A stretch of 64,000 bases of DNA, from positions 1,430 through 65,429 of the forward strand of contig JAPLAV010000047.1 in the NCBI GenBank assembly GCA_026393095.1, written 5' to 3'. The translations under genes and the position numbers were made by a program. Every line of letters begins with the position of its first letter. Positions within the stretch are counted from its first letter, which is position 1. This stretch comes from Actinomycetota bacterium. GTDB lineage: Bacteria > Actinomycetota > Actinomycetes > S36-B12 > UBA5976. Of this stretch, positions 18,424 to 27,029 are shown piece by piece. The notes below the pieces were generated by a model that had not been told where the DNA came from, searched no databases, and saw only the letters and a list, made by a program, of their open reading frames with translations.

Positions 18424-18433
18424 ATACGACTTT

Positions 18434-19858
18434 TTAGATGTCGTAGTACAGCTGGTATTCGTAAGGAGTTGGACGCAAACGAATTGGGTCCACTTCTTTT
18501 GTTCTCTTGTATTCAATCCAGGTATCAATTAGATCTGGAGTAAATACACCACCTGCTGTTAAGTAATCCTTGTCCTTTTCTAACGCAGTTAATACTGCAT
18601 CCAAAGAACCTGGGACTTGTGGCACAGATTTTGCTTCTTCTGGTGGTAGTTCGTAAAGATCCTTATCAACTGGTGTTGGCGGTTCGATTCTGTTTTTCAC
18701 ACCATCAATACCGGCCATCATCATGGCAGCAAATGCCAGATATGGATTACATGCAGGATCTGGAACTCTAAACTCAATACGTTTAGCTTTTGGATTAGAT
18801 CCAGTAATAGGAATACGAATTGCAGCGGAACGGTTTCTTTGTGAGTAAACCAAGTTCACTGGTGCTTCATAACCTGGAACTAAACGGTGGTATGAGTTAA
18901 CAGTTGGGTTAGTGAACGCCAGCAACGATGGAGCATGCTTTAACAATCCACCGATGTACCAACGTGCAACATCAGATAATCCGGCGTAACCTTTTTCGTC
19001 ATAAAACAAAGGCTTGCCATCTTTCCACAATGATTGATGACAGTGCATACCTGAACCGTTATCACCAAACATTGGTTTTGGCATAAAGGTTGCGGTGTGA
19101 CCGTTTAGGAAAGCTACGTTTTTCACAACATATTTAAACAACATGATTTGATCTGCTGATTTTAATAATGTGTCAAATTTGTAGTTAATTTCTGCTTGAC
19201 CAGCAGTTCCTACTTCGTGATGTGCGCGTTCAACTTCAAAACCAAGATTAATTAGTGTTGAAGAAATAATGTCACGCAAATCAGCAAAATGATCTACTGG
19301 AGGAACAGGGAAGTAGCCACCTTTAAATGGAGTTTTGTAGCCAAGGTTGCCACCTTCTTCTTCTCTTCCGGTATTCCAGGCTGCTTCAATTGAATCAATT
19401 TTGAAGAATGAACCATGTGGTTGATTATCAAAACGAACTTCATCAAAGATATAGAACTCAGCTTCTGGACCAAAATAAACAGTGTCAGCAATACCTGATG
19501 CTTTTAAGAAAGCTTCAGCTTTAGCAGCAACGTTTCTTGGATCTCTTGAATATGGTTCATTGGTGAATGGATCTCTAATTGAGAAATTCATTGCTAATGT
19601 TTTTGCTTCGCGGAATGGATCAAGATATGCAGTTGTCACATCCGGCATTAACTTCATATCTGATTCGTGAATTGCTTGGAAACCACGAATTGAAGAGCCG
19701 TCAAACATTAATCCGTCTTCAAAAACGGAATCATTAAATGCTTTGGCTGGAATGTTGAAGTGTTGCATAACACCAGGCAAGTCCATGAATCTCACGTCAA
19801 CGAATTCAATATCGTTTTCGCGGATGTACTTGATCGCCTCTGCGGCGTTCTTAAACAT
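18434..19858 (-). CDS. glnA: Glutamine synthetase type I (GSI-beta, adenylylation-regulated)
   Basis: GS motif [11 protein letters not shown] and adenylylation loop [12 protein letters not shown] place the start at ATG 19858, 6 nt after AGGAGG; the ORF track starts one codon earlier at a TTG. Confidence 0.95.
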   Translation of the reverse strand: MFKNAAEAIKYIRENDIEFVDVRFMDLPGVMQHFNIPAKAFNDSVFEDGLMFDGSSIRGFQAIHESDMKLMPDVTTAYLDPFREAKTLAMNFSIRDPFTNEPYSRDPRNVAAKAEAFLKASGIADTVYFGPEAEFYIFDEVRFDNQPHGSFFKIDSIEAAWNTGREEEGGNLGYKTPFKGGYFPVPPVDHFADLRDIISSTLINLGFEVERAHHEVGTAGQAEINYKFDTLLKSADQIMLFKYVVKNVAFLNGHTATFMPKPMFGDNGSGMHCHQSLWKDGKPLFYDEKGYAGLSDVARWYIGGLLKHAPSLLAFTNPTVNSYHRLVPGYEAPVNLVYSQRNRSAAIRIPITGSNPKAKRIEFRVPDPACNPYLAFAAMMMAGIDGVKNRIEPPTPVDKDLYELPPEEAKSVPQVPGSLDAVLTALEKDKDYLTAGGVFTPDLIDTWIEYKRTKEVDPIRLRPTPYEYQLYYDI

Positions 19859-19951
19859 CAATAACCTCCTGATAGAACTTTCTATTGGTTTTTAAAAAGA
19901 GGGCACGACCTCGGGCCATCAATCTGTTGGTTCATAACCTACTAAAGGGGT

Positions 19952-19989
19952 GTATCGCTTCGGTAACCCAATTGTTTCGGCCTTGTAAC
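19952..19989 (-). promoter_or_regulatory. GlnR-type box upstream of glnA1
   Basis: The minus strand reads GTTAC-aaggcc-GAAAC-aattgg-GTTAC-cgaagc-GATAC. This matches the actinobacterial GlnR box gTnAc-n6-GaAAc-n6-GtnAC-n6-GAAAC with one mismatch. Its 3' edge is 93 nt upstream of the glnA1 ATG. Confidence 0.6.
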
Positions 19990-20058
19990 AAGTTTTCCCA
20001 AACGCCTCTAAAGCAAGATTAAATCGCCAAAATATGACCTGGGCAATAGATTTGGTAT

Positions 20059-20406
20059 ATGACTTTTAAGAGAATCCTGGCCCTGATCTTTGATTGGGTA
20101 GCTGCCATTTTGGTCGTGCAAGTAATCCCTAATGGCCCTGATTATGGAACGCAAAGTAATTCCCTTTTAACATTATTGGTTTTTGCAATTGAAGTAACAC
20201 TTTTTACCTGGATGATGGGCTCATCTTTTGGGCAACGAATTGTGGGATTGCGGGTAAGAGATTTAATTAAAGACTCAAACCCAACATTTGCGCAAAGCGT
20301 ATTTAGGACTTTATTAATTGTGCTACTTGTTCCGCCATTGCTCGCAGATGCAGAGGGCAGAGGACTACACGATCGAATTGCAAAGACAAAAATTACTAAC
20401 GTCTAG
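20059..20406 (+). CDS. RDD family membrane protein
   Basis: 115 aa with 2-3 TM helices and a C-terminal RGLHDRIAKT motif typical of RDD domains. Its 3' end overlaps the convergent DUF4191 gene by 11 nt. Confidence 0.7.
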   Translation: MTFKRILALIFDWVAAILVVQVIPNGPDYGTQSNSLLTLLVFAIEVTLFTWMMGSSFGQRIVGLRVRDLIKDSNPTFAQSVFRTLLIVLLVPPLLADAEGRGLHDRIAKTKITNV

Positions 20407-21091
20407 GAATTCTCATACCTTTGGGCATGGCACCTTTTGGAATTGGAAGAGCACTTGCTCCAGAGGCACCGAATCTATTTCTTAATTCACGAGATTCTGC
20501 AGGGGAAATCTTTTTACCCATTTTCATAATGGTTTTATTTAACTTCTTGAAAGTAACAAGTCCTTCACCGTTTCCTACGATGATGGATGCTACTGGAATT
20601 TCTCCTGCAATTCTTTTTGCTTTTACTCTTTCACTTTCCAATAACTGAGCAACTCGTCCAGGAGAACCTTCTCCTACTAAAACAATTCCCACAGGTCCAA
20701 TAACTCTGTGCACTAAATCTTGATTTCTAGTTACTGCAACTGCTGGTGTTACAAACCAACCTTTTCTTAAAGTGTTTAATACAGCAGCTGCTGCACCTGG
20801 TTGGCCTTCAATTCGAGCATAAGCTGCCTTTTCAGCACGCTTGCCAAAAACATAAACCGTTGCAAGTAAACCAATTGATACTGCCAAAGTTGTCGTAATT
20901 AATTGAGAAAAAGATGATTGAAATGCAAATTGAGCAATTAATACCAGTGGCACGGTTGTACCAATGAGTGTGCCAAGAATTATGAAGGGAAGGGCTTTGT
21001 CAGTTTTACGAGTAATTGAATAAGTCTGACCAATTTGTTTTAAGGTCTTGAATCTTTCTTTTTTTACTTTTGGTTCTTTATTCTTAGCCAC
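20396..21091 (-). CDS. DUF4191-like membrane protein (conserved actinobacterial neighbour of lipA)
   Basis: 231 aa with a Lys-rich N-terminus followed by two TM helices. Its position directly downstream of lipA matches the actinobacterial lipA/glnA1 neighbourhood. Confidence 0.6.
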   Translation of the reverse strand: MAKNKEPKVKKERFKTLKQIGQTYSITRKTDKALPFIILGTLIGTTVPLVLIAQFAFQSSFSQLITTTLAVSIGLLATVYVFGKRAEKAAYARIEGQPGAAAAVLNTLRKGWFVTPAVAVTRNQDLVHRVIGPVGIVLVGEGSPGRVAQLLESERVKAKRIAGEIPVASIIVGNGEGLVTFKKLNKTIMKMGKKISPAESRELRNRFGASGASALPIPKGAMPKGMRIPRR

Positions 21092-22041
21092 TAATTTTTC
21101 CCATTCTTAACTTCTAGTGCTTGTTTATATAGTCGACCTGCTCGGTAAGAAGATCTAACCAACGGTCCAGACATTACGCCAACGAAACCTAATTCTTTAG
21201 CTAAGTCACCTAATTCTACGAATTCTTCTGGCTTGACCCAGCGAGCAATCGGGTGATGAAGCGTTGAAGGTCTCAAATACTGAGTAATTGTGATTAAGTC
21301 ACAACCTGCCTTGACTAAATCTTCTAAAGCAGTAACGATCTCTGCTTTTTCTTCACCCATGCCCAGAATCAAGTTTGATTTAGTAATCATGCCTGTCTCT
21401 TTTGCAGTGGTGATAACACCTAATGACTTCTCATAATTAAATGCAGGTCTAATTGATTTAAAAATTCTTGGAACAGTTTCTAGATTATGAGCAAATACTT
21501 CAGGTTTAGCGTCAAATACTTGTTGCAATAAATCTTTTTTGCCACTGAAATCGGGAGTAAGGATTTCCACACCACAATCAGGATTGTGTTTGTGAATTGC
21601 TCTAATGGTTTCGGCATATAACCAAGCACCTTCATCTTCTAAATCATCTCGAGTTACCCCAGTTACTGTCGCGTATTTCAATCCCATGGTTTTAACACTT
21701 AAGGCAACTTTGTCTGGTTCTGTTCTATCTAGTGGATCAGGTTTACCTGTATCAATTAAACAAAAATCACAACGTCTAGTACAAGCTGAACCACCAATTA
21801 GAAATGTTGCTTCGCGGTCTTCCCAACATTCAAATATGTTTGGACAACCTGCTTCTTGGCAAACTGTGTGTAAACCTTCTTTTTTAACCATGTCTCTAAT
21901 GCGGGTGTATTCAGGTCCGGTTTTAAGTTTGGTTTTAATCCATTCCGGTTTTTTCTCAATTGGCACTTCAGCATTGCGAGCTTCGATACGAAGAAGTTTT
22001 TTACCTTCCGGATTTAACCCGGTCACAATTTCAGTAGTCAT
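21091..22041 (-). CDS. lipA: Lipoyl synthase
   Basis: 316 aa. Auxiliary cluster motif [13 protein letters not shown] and radical-SAM motif CTRRCDFC. Confidence 0.95.
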   Translation of the reverse strand: MTTEIVTGLNPEGKKLLRIEARNAEVPIEKKPEWIKTKLKTGPEYTRIRDMVKKEGLHTVCQEAGCPNIFECWEDREATFLIGGSACTRRCDFCLIDTGKPDPLDRTEPDKVALSVKTMGLKYATVTGVTRDDLEDEGAWLYAETIRAIHKHNPDCGVEILTPDFSGKKDLLQQVFDAKPEVFAHNLETVPRIFKSIRPAFNYEKSLGVITTAKETGMITKSNLILGMGEEKAEIVTALEDLVKAGCDLITITQYLRPSTLHHPIARWVKPEEFVELGDLAKELGFVGVMSGPLVRSSYRAGRLYKQALEVKNGKN

Positions 22042-22709
22042 CAGACTTCTACTTTAGAACGTTTTGACACATTGCGCTTGAGCGCACCGTTTCTTAGTTC
22101 TTCCTCGATCAGGGGAGTTACTTCTGCCACGCTCACATCTCTGCCTAATTCCAGAGAAATAGTAGTGACATCGGCGTCACCTATGCCGCAGGGAACAATT
22201 CTTCGAAAAGCATCCAGTGAGTTATTGCAGTTCAAAGCAAAGCCGTGCATGGTTGCTTTCTTGGCAACTCTGATTCCAATTGCTGCTATTTTTTTATCCG
22301 GTGAACCTTTGCCCTTTACCCACACACCACTTCGGCCTTCAATTTGTGTTGTTTCTAAACCAAGTTTGGAACAAACATTCATTATTAATAATTCAAGTCT
22401 TCGGACATGAGCTACCACATCAACTGGATCATCTAATTTCATAATTGGATAACAGACAATTTGTCCTGGACCATGCCAAGTAATTCGACCACCGCGATCG
22501 ATATCAAAAACAGGGGATGAATCAGTTGGTCTATCTTCTGGTTTTGTTGACCTGCCAGCGGTATAAACATTTTGGTGTTCTAGTAGGACTGCAACATCTG
22601 GATGATTTTCAGCAACAATTTTGTGATGTAGTTCTCTTTGTCGATCCCATGCACTTTGATATTCGACGCCTGAGCCCCAATTTTGGATGATTAACTCAGA
22701 ATTGGACAT
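22041..22709 (-). CDS. lipB: Octanoyltransferase (lipoyl(octanoyl) transferase)
   Basis: 222 aa with motif [12 protein letters not shown]. 1-nt overlap with lipA. Confidence 0.9.
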   Translation of the reverse strand: MSNSELIIQNWGSGVEYQSAWDRQRELHHKIVAENHPDVAVLLEHQNVYTAGRSTKPEDRPTDSSPVFDIDRGGRITWHGPGQIVCYPIMKLDDPVDVVAHVRRLELLIMNVCSKLGLETTQIEGRSGVWVKGKGSPDKKIAAIGIRVAKKATMHGFALNCNNSLDAFRRIVPCGIGDADVTTISLELGRDVSVAEVTPLIEEELRNGALKRNVSKRSKVEV

Positions 22710-22834
22710 GCCTTAATCGTATTAGTGAATGTCAAAATGTGCTAAATCGGTTGTCTTTAATACACTGTTTAATAGAGCAAATCGGCGTCACCTAAATGGT
22801 GCACCTTGATTAAAAGCTAAAAATACACATTGGA

Positions 22835-25057
22835 GTGAATTACGTGAGCCCTGCTGCAAAACCAAAACACAGCAAAAAAGTAGTTGCGAAAAAGACTGCC
22901 GCAAAGAAACCTAAAGTTAAAAAAGTTAAAGCACCTAAGAAATTTACATTCTTAGCTGTTGCCGTGGTCGTGATTTGGATGGGTATTTCAGGTGTGGCCG
23001 GTCCACTTTTTGGAAAACTATCTGAAGTTCAAGAAAACGATAATGCAGCATTCTTACCTGCATCAGCAGAATCCTCTCGAGTGAGTGAAGTTGCGACACA
23101 ATTTACTTCTTCAGATTCTCTTCCAGCCTTAGTCGTTGTAACAGGCGATTTAACTAAAGAAAATCTTGCTAAAGCAAATGAATTTGCCGCAAATATTGGA
23201 ACACTAAAAATTGAAGAAGGCGATGGCAAAGTTGTTGCAGACTATTTAGTAGCAGGCGCCAAATCTTTCCCAATTCCGTCAGAAGATGGAGAAGCGCTAT
23301 TAATTAGTGTTGAAATCTCTGCTGAAAAAATTGTTACTCCACTTCCAAACGGAGAACCAGCCCTTCCTGCCATTGTTAACACCATTAGAGATGGTGGCAA
23401 AGACATTGAAGGTCTAACAATTAACGTGACAGGTGCTGGCGGAATCCTGGCAGATCTTTTCGGTGCATTTGGCGCAATTGACACAACTTTGTTGTTAAGC
23501 ACACTTCTCGTGGTGGCTTTAATTCTTATTGTGGTTTATCGAAGCCCATTGCTATGGATCTTCCCCTTATTTTCAGCGGTGATTGCTCTTTCGCTTTCAG
23601 GGTCAATTGTTTATTTATTGGCTAAAGAAGAGATCATTACTTTAAATGGACAATCCCAAGGAATTTTGTCAGTTCTAGTAATTGGTGCAGCAACTGATTA
23701 TGGTTTGTTGCTCATTGCTCGTTATCGAGAAGAACTTCATTTAGTTGAATCAAGATTTAGTGCAATGAAAAAAGCATTACGTGGAGTATTTGAACCGATC
23801 GTAGCTTCTGGTGCAACAGTTTCTGTTGGATTATTAGTTTTGATCCTTTCAGAACTTGATGCCAATCGTTCCCTTGGTCCAGTTGGAGCCATTGGAGTTG
23901 TTTGCGCTGTTATAACAATGCTGACCTTGTTGCCAGCATTTCTCGTTATTTTTGGTCGTTGGATTTTTTGGCCAAGAATTCCACACTTTGATTCAAAGGA
24001 TGAGAAACTTTCAGGAATTTGGTCAAAAGTTGCAAAATATGTTGATAAGAAAACTCGTCGTGCTGGCTTAATCACTGGAGTTATTTTGTTGGCTCTTGCT
24101 GGTTATTCTTCACAACTTGATGCAAGTGGTTTATCTCAAACAGAAACTTTTGTTGGAAAACCAGATTCAGTAGTTGGTCAAGAAGTATTAGGACAACACT
24201 TCCCAGCAGGAGAAGGAAACCCTTCATACATTGTTGGACCAGCTGATAAAACTCAAGAATTAATCAAGGTAATAACTGACACACCTGGTGTGGGAGATGC
24301 TTTCCCAGTTCCAGATGGTCCAGTAATTCCTGGTCAACCTTTGCCAAAACCAAAATTTGTGAATAATCAAGTTTTGATTACTGCCACTTTGGAAGATGCA
24401 GCAGATTCAGCTGAAGCTAAAGCAACAGTTGTAAATTTGAGAGAAAAACTTGATGCGGTAAGTACTGATGCCTTAGTCGGTGGATTTACTGCGGTAAACG
24501 AAGATATTGCGGAAGCAAATGCTCGCGATAATCGAATAATTATTCCAACAGTGTTGGTAATTATTTTCCTTATCTTGGCCTTGCTCCTAAGAAGCCTTTT
24601 GGCACCATTCATGTTGATCTCAACAGTGGTGTTGTCATTTGCAGCAACTCTTGGTGCCTGTCAATTGGCATTTAAATATGTCTTTGGTTTCCCAGGAGCA
24701 GATACAGGATTTCCACTTTTTGCCTTCGTATTCTTAGTGGCATTAGGTATTGATTACAACATCTTCTTGATGACAAGAGTTCGAGAAGAATCAAAGAAAC
24801 TAGGAACCAGAGCTGGAACACTTAAAGCGTTAACTGTGACTGGAGGAGTAATTACTTCAGCCGGTGTGGTGCTTGCTGCAACATTTGCAGTGCTTGGATT
24901 GTTGCCACTGGTGTTCTTAGCTGAACTTGGTTTTGCGGTGGCATTTGGTGTGTTACTTGACACTATTTTGGTCAGATCTATTTTGGTGCCAGCATTAACA
25001 ATTGGTATCGGTAAAAAAATCTGGTGGCCAAGTAAGTTAATGAATGGTAAAAATTAA
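22835..25057 (+). CDS. MMPL-family (RND superfamily) membrane transporter with Lys-rich N-terminal tail
   Basis: 740 aa in a 2 x (1 TM + extracytoplasmic domain + 5 TM) layout typical of MMPL proteins. The start may instead be the GTG at 22844, 8 nt after GGAG. Confidence 0.8.
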   Translation: MNYVSPAAKPKHSKKVVAKKTAAKKPKVKKVKAPKKFTFLAVAVVVIWMGISGVAGPLFGKLSEVQENDNAAFLPASAESSRVSEVATQFTSSDSLPALVVVTGDLTKENLAKANEFAANIGTLKIEEGDGKVVADYLVAGAKSFPIPSEDGEALLISVEISAEKIVTPLPNGEPALPAIVNTIRDGGKDIEGLTINVTGAGGILADLFGAFGAIDTTLLLSTLLVVALILIVVYRSPLLWIFPLFSAVIALSLSGSIVYLLAKEEIITLNGQSQGILSVLVIGAATDYGLLLIARYREELHLVESRFSAMKKALRGVFEPIVASGATVSVGLLVLILSELDANRSLGPVGAIGVVCAVITMLTLLPAFLVIFGRWIFWPRIPHFDSKDEKLSGIWSKVAKYVDKKTRRAGLITGVILLALAGYSSQLDASGLSQTETFVGKPDSVVGQEVLGQHFPAGEGNPSYIVGPADKTQELIKVITDTPGVGDAFPVPDGPVIPGQPLPKPKFVNNQVLITATLEDAADSAEAKATVVNLREKLDAVSTDALVGGFTAVNEDIAEANARDNRIIIPTVLVIIFLILALLLRSLLAPFMLISTVVLSFAATLGACQLAFKYVFGFPGADTGFPLFAFVFLVALGIDYNIFLMTRVREESKKLGTRAGTLKALTVTGGVITSAGVVLAATFAVLGLLPLVFLAELGFAVAFGVLLDTILVRSILVPALTIGIGKKIWWPSKLMNGKN

Positions 25058-25788
25058 GAAATAGTTCCAACGGCGAGGCGCATTTCTTGCACCTCGCCGT
25101 TTATTTTTTCTAATTTGTAAGCTGCTGGTCCAGTTTTTGAATCAGAATCAATATCACTTAATACTTCAACAGGCTCAATTCCTTTAAAGACAATACCGGT
25201 GTGATCATCTGTGGCAAATGCAGTTTCAAAAGTTCCATTTTTAATAAGGGACTGTATAAGTGGTCTTCTTTGAGCTTCTGAGTCATAGTGAACACCATTG
25301 GCATAGGGAAGAAGCGCTAATCCGTTATTGACTGGTTTTAATTCAGGACCAAATGAATCAGTTGTTCCACCGATAAACCAACAAATTGATCCAGCACTTA
25401 CCCCAGATAAAACCGTGCCATTTTCCCAAGCAGTTTTTAATACTTCATCTACTTTGTGAAGTTTCCACACGGCTAAAAGATTTGCAACAGAACCTCCACC
25501 AACCCAAACTAAATCTGCATTGAGTAATCGTTTTTCTACATCTTCATTAGGTTGAGGAAATAAAGATAGATGTGTTACATCAACACTTAAATCACTTATT
25601 GCTTCATAACTTCTTGAAATATAAGAGGCATCATCACCAGTTGCTGTCATCATGAAACAAACTTTGGGACGTTCTTTTTTGGTCAATTCCAGTGCTTTTA
25701 AGAATGTGGCACCAGGTCTCATCACACCCCAGCGTTTAGTTGTTACAAATCCACCAGAGGTAGCAACTATGTATTTTTCTTTACTCAC
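25054..25788 (-). CDS. Peptidase S51 / type 1 glutamine amidotransferase-like protein (peptidase E-like)
   Basis: 244 aa. The pattern VWVGGGSVANLL…SGVSAGSICW resembles the S51 dipeptidase E/cyanophycinase fold. Assignment by eye. Confidence 0.6.
   Translation of the reverse strand: MSKEKYIVATSGGFVTTKRWGVMRPGATFLKALELTKKERPKVCFMMTATGDDASYISRSYEAISDLSVDVTHLSLFPQPNEDVEKRLLNADLVWVGGGSVANLLAVWKLHKVDEVLKTAWENGTVLSGVSAGSICWFIGGTTDSFGPELKPVNNGLALLPYANGVHYDSEAQRRPLIQSLIKNGTFETAFATDDHTGIVFKGIEPVEVLSDIDSDSKTGPAAYKLEKINGEVQEMRLAVGTIS
25069..25110 (+). terminator. Intrinsic terminator of the MMPL gene, embedded in the 3' coding end of the convergent S51 peptidase gene
   Basis: A 13-bp stem with one mismatch (aacggcgaggcgca / tgcacctcgccgtt), loop tttct, followed by TTATTTTTT. 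Confidence 0.8.
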
Positions 25789-27029
25789 AATCCCAAACTT
25801 ACCTTAACTAATGTTGCAGTATTTGTACCACTAAGAAGAGCTCCTTGAATTGAGGAAGTTACACGGTGATCTCCCGCAACAAACAAATCTTTATTAATTT
25901 GGTTTGAAGAAACAAGCGAAAATGGAGGAGTCATCTCAGGAAGGGCTTCCTTTATTTTGTACTCCTTGATCAATTCCCAATTCTCGGTGTTGACACCAAA
26001 AAGATGAGACAAATGTTTCTTCACACTTAATAAATCTGCGTTCTCGTTTGGAGAAATAGCAGAAGCTGAAACTAATACTTCACCATGAGGTGCATAACTT
26101 GGAGCAGCATTTGTTATAACTACAGCATTAGTTAGCGGTCCAGTTTTTTGAGAATCAACAAAAAGTATTGGTTTTGCCTTAACTATTGAATTAACACTTT
26201 TGTCTGCTTTGAAGTACCAAGTAGTTACCGAATGCATTTTTTTAGGTTCAAGTTTTAACCAAGATATTGCCGTTGTTGGGTCTGTGGCTACAACAATCTT
26301 TCGAGCCTGAATCTCACCATCTGAGGTAATTAGCTTGTTTTCTGAAATACTTAATACTTTTGTATTAAGGGAGATCTTTTCTTTTGGAAGTTTAGCTGCT
26401 AATTGATTTGAAATCTCTTGCATTCCTTTTGCTGGAACACTTGGTATTCCTTGCAAAAAGTTCTTCAAAACCACATCAAGAAATTTACGAGAGGTAGATA
26501 GTTCTGATTCTAGAAATACTCCTTGCAAAAAAGGTCTCAAGAGTTTTTCCAATAGTGCACCCTTAATTCCAGATTTAGTTAAAGATGCTTGTGCTGAGAT
26601 ATCTTTTGTGGTGGCAATTTGAGCATCAGAGGCAATCAAATACTGTAGAAAATATCTGACTAAGCCTAATTGACTCAAAGGATTTCCTGGTAAATCTCTT
26701 AGTAAACGAAAGCGAAAATCTTTACTTCGGAATGGATCAACAACTAATCTAAGACGTTTACCATCTCTTATTGCAACACCGGGAGTAAATGGCTTTAGAT
26801 CCAAGACTTGGTAATCAATTAAACGTTTTCCTTCGGCATAGCTGGGGTTATATAACTGAAATCCTCGATCAAGAGTAAATCCATCAATAACATCTGATCT
26901 GACTCTTCCACCAACTCCATCTGATGCTTCAAAAATTTGAAAGTCAATTTTGTTTTTCTGTAATTCGATTGCACAAGCTAAGCCCGCTAAACCTGCGCCA
27001 ATTATGGCGACTTCAACTTGCTTAGTCAT
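25785..27029 (-). CDS. NAD(P)/FAD-dependent oxidoreductase (amine oxidase / phytoene desaturase-like superfamily)
   Basis: 414 aa with an N-terminal dinucleotide-binding motif VAIIGAGLAGLACA followed by EASDGVGGR. The substrate is not assignable. Confidence 0.7.
   Translation of the reverse strand: MTKQVEVAIIGAGLAGLACAIELQKNKIDFQIFEASDGVGGRVRSDVIDGFTLDRGFQLYNPSYAEGKRLIDYQVLDLKPFTPGVAIRDGKRLRLVVDPFRSKDFRFRLLRDLPGNPLSQLGLVRYFLQYLIASDAQIATTKDISAQASLTKSGIKGALLEKLLRPFLQGVFLESELSTSRKFLDVVLKNFLQGIPSVPAKGMQEISNQLAAKLPKEKISLNTKVLSISENKLITSDGEIQARKIVVATDPTTAISWLKLEPKKMHSVTTWYFKADKSVNSIVKAKPILFVDSQKTGPLTNAVVITNAAPSYAPHGEVLVSASAISPNENADLLSVKKHLSHLFGVNTENWELIKEYKIKEALPEMTPPFSLVSSNQINKDLFVAGDHRVTSSIQGALLSGTNTATLVKVSLGL

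Noticed and set aside
18138-18528. Small ORFs (76 aa on +, 60 aa on -) spanning the glnA1-heliorhodopsin spacer.
   Set aside because: They overlap the heliorhodopsin 5' end, the terminator hairpin and the glnA1 3' end, and show no SD or motif. The spacer is better explained by the terminator plus the heliorhodopsin SD.
21605-22057. A 150-aa + strand ORF antisense to lipA. Similar long antisense ORFs occur at 22072-22410, 35074-35433, 37010-37342, 55428-55868, 56093-56467 and 60517-60945.
   Set aside because: Each lies entirely inside a well-supported gene on the opposite strand. None has an SD or a recognisable motif. Such ORFs are expected by chance opposite long genes.
25785-27029. The FAD-dependent oxidoreductase as a CrtI/retinal-pathway enzyme supplying the heliorhodopsin chromophore.
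   Set aside because: Only the generic N-terminal dinucleotide-binding motif is shared. No crtE, crtB, crtY or blh is nearby. The gene sits in the conserved dlaT-downstream operon, 8 kb from the heliorhodopsin gene.
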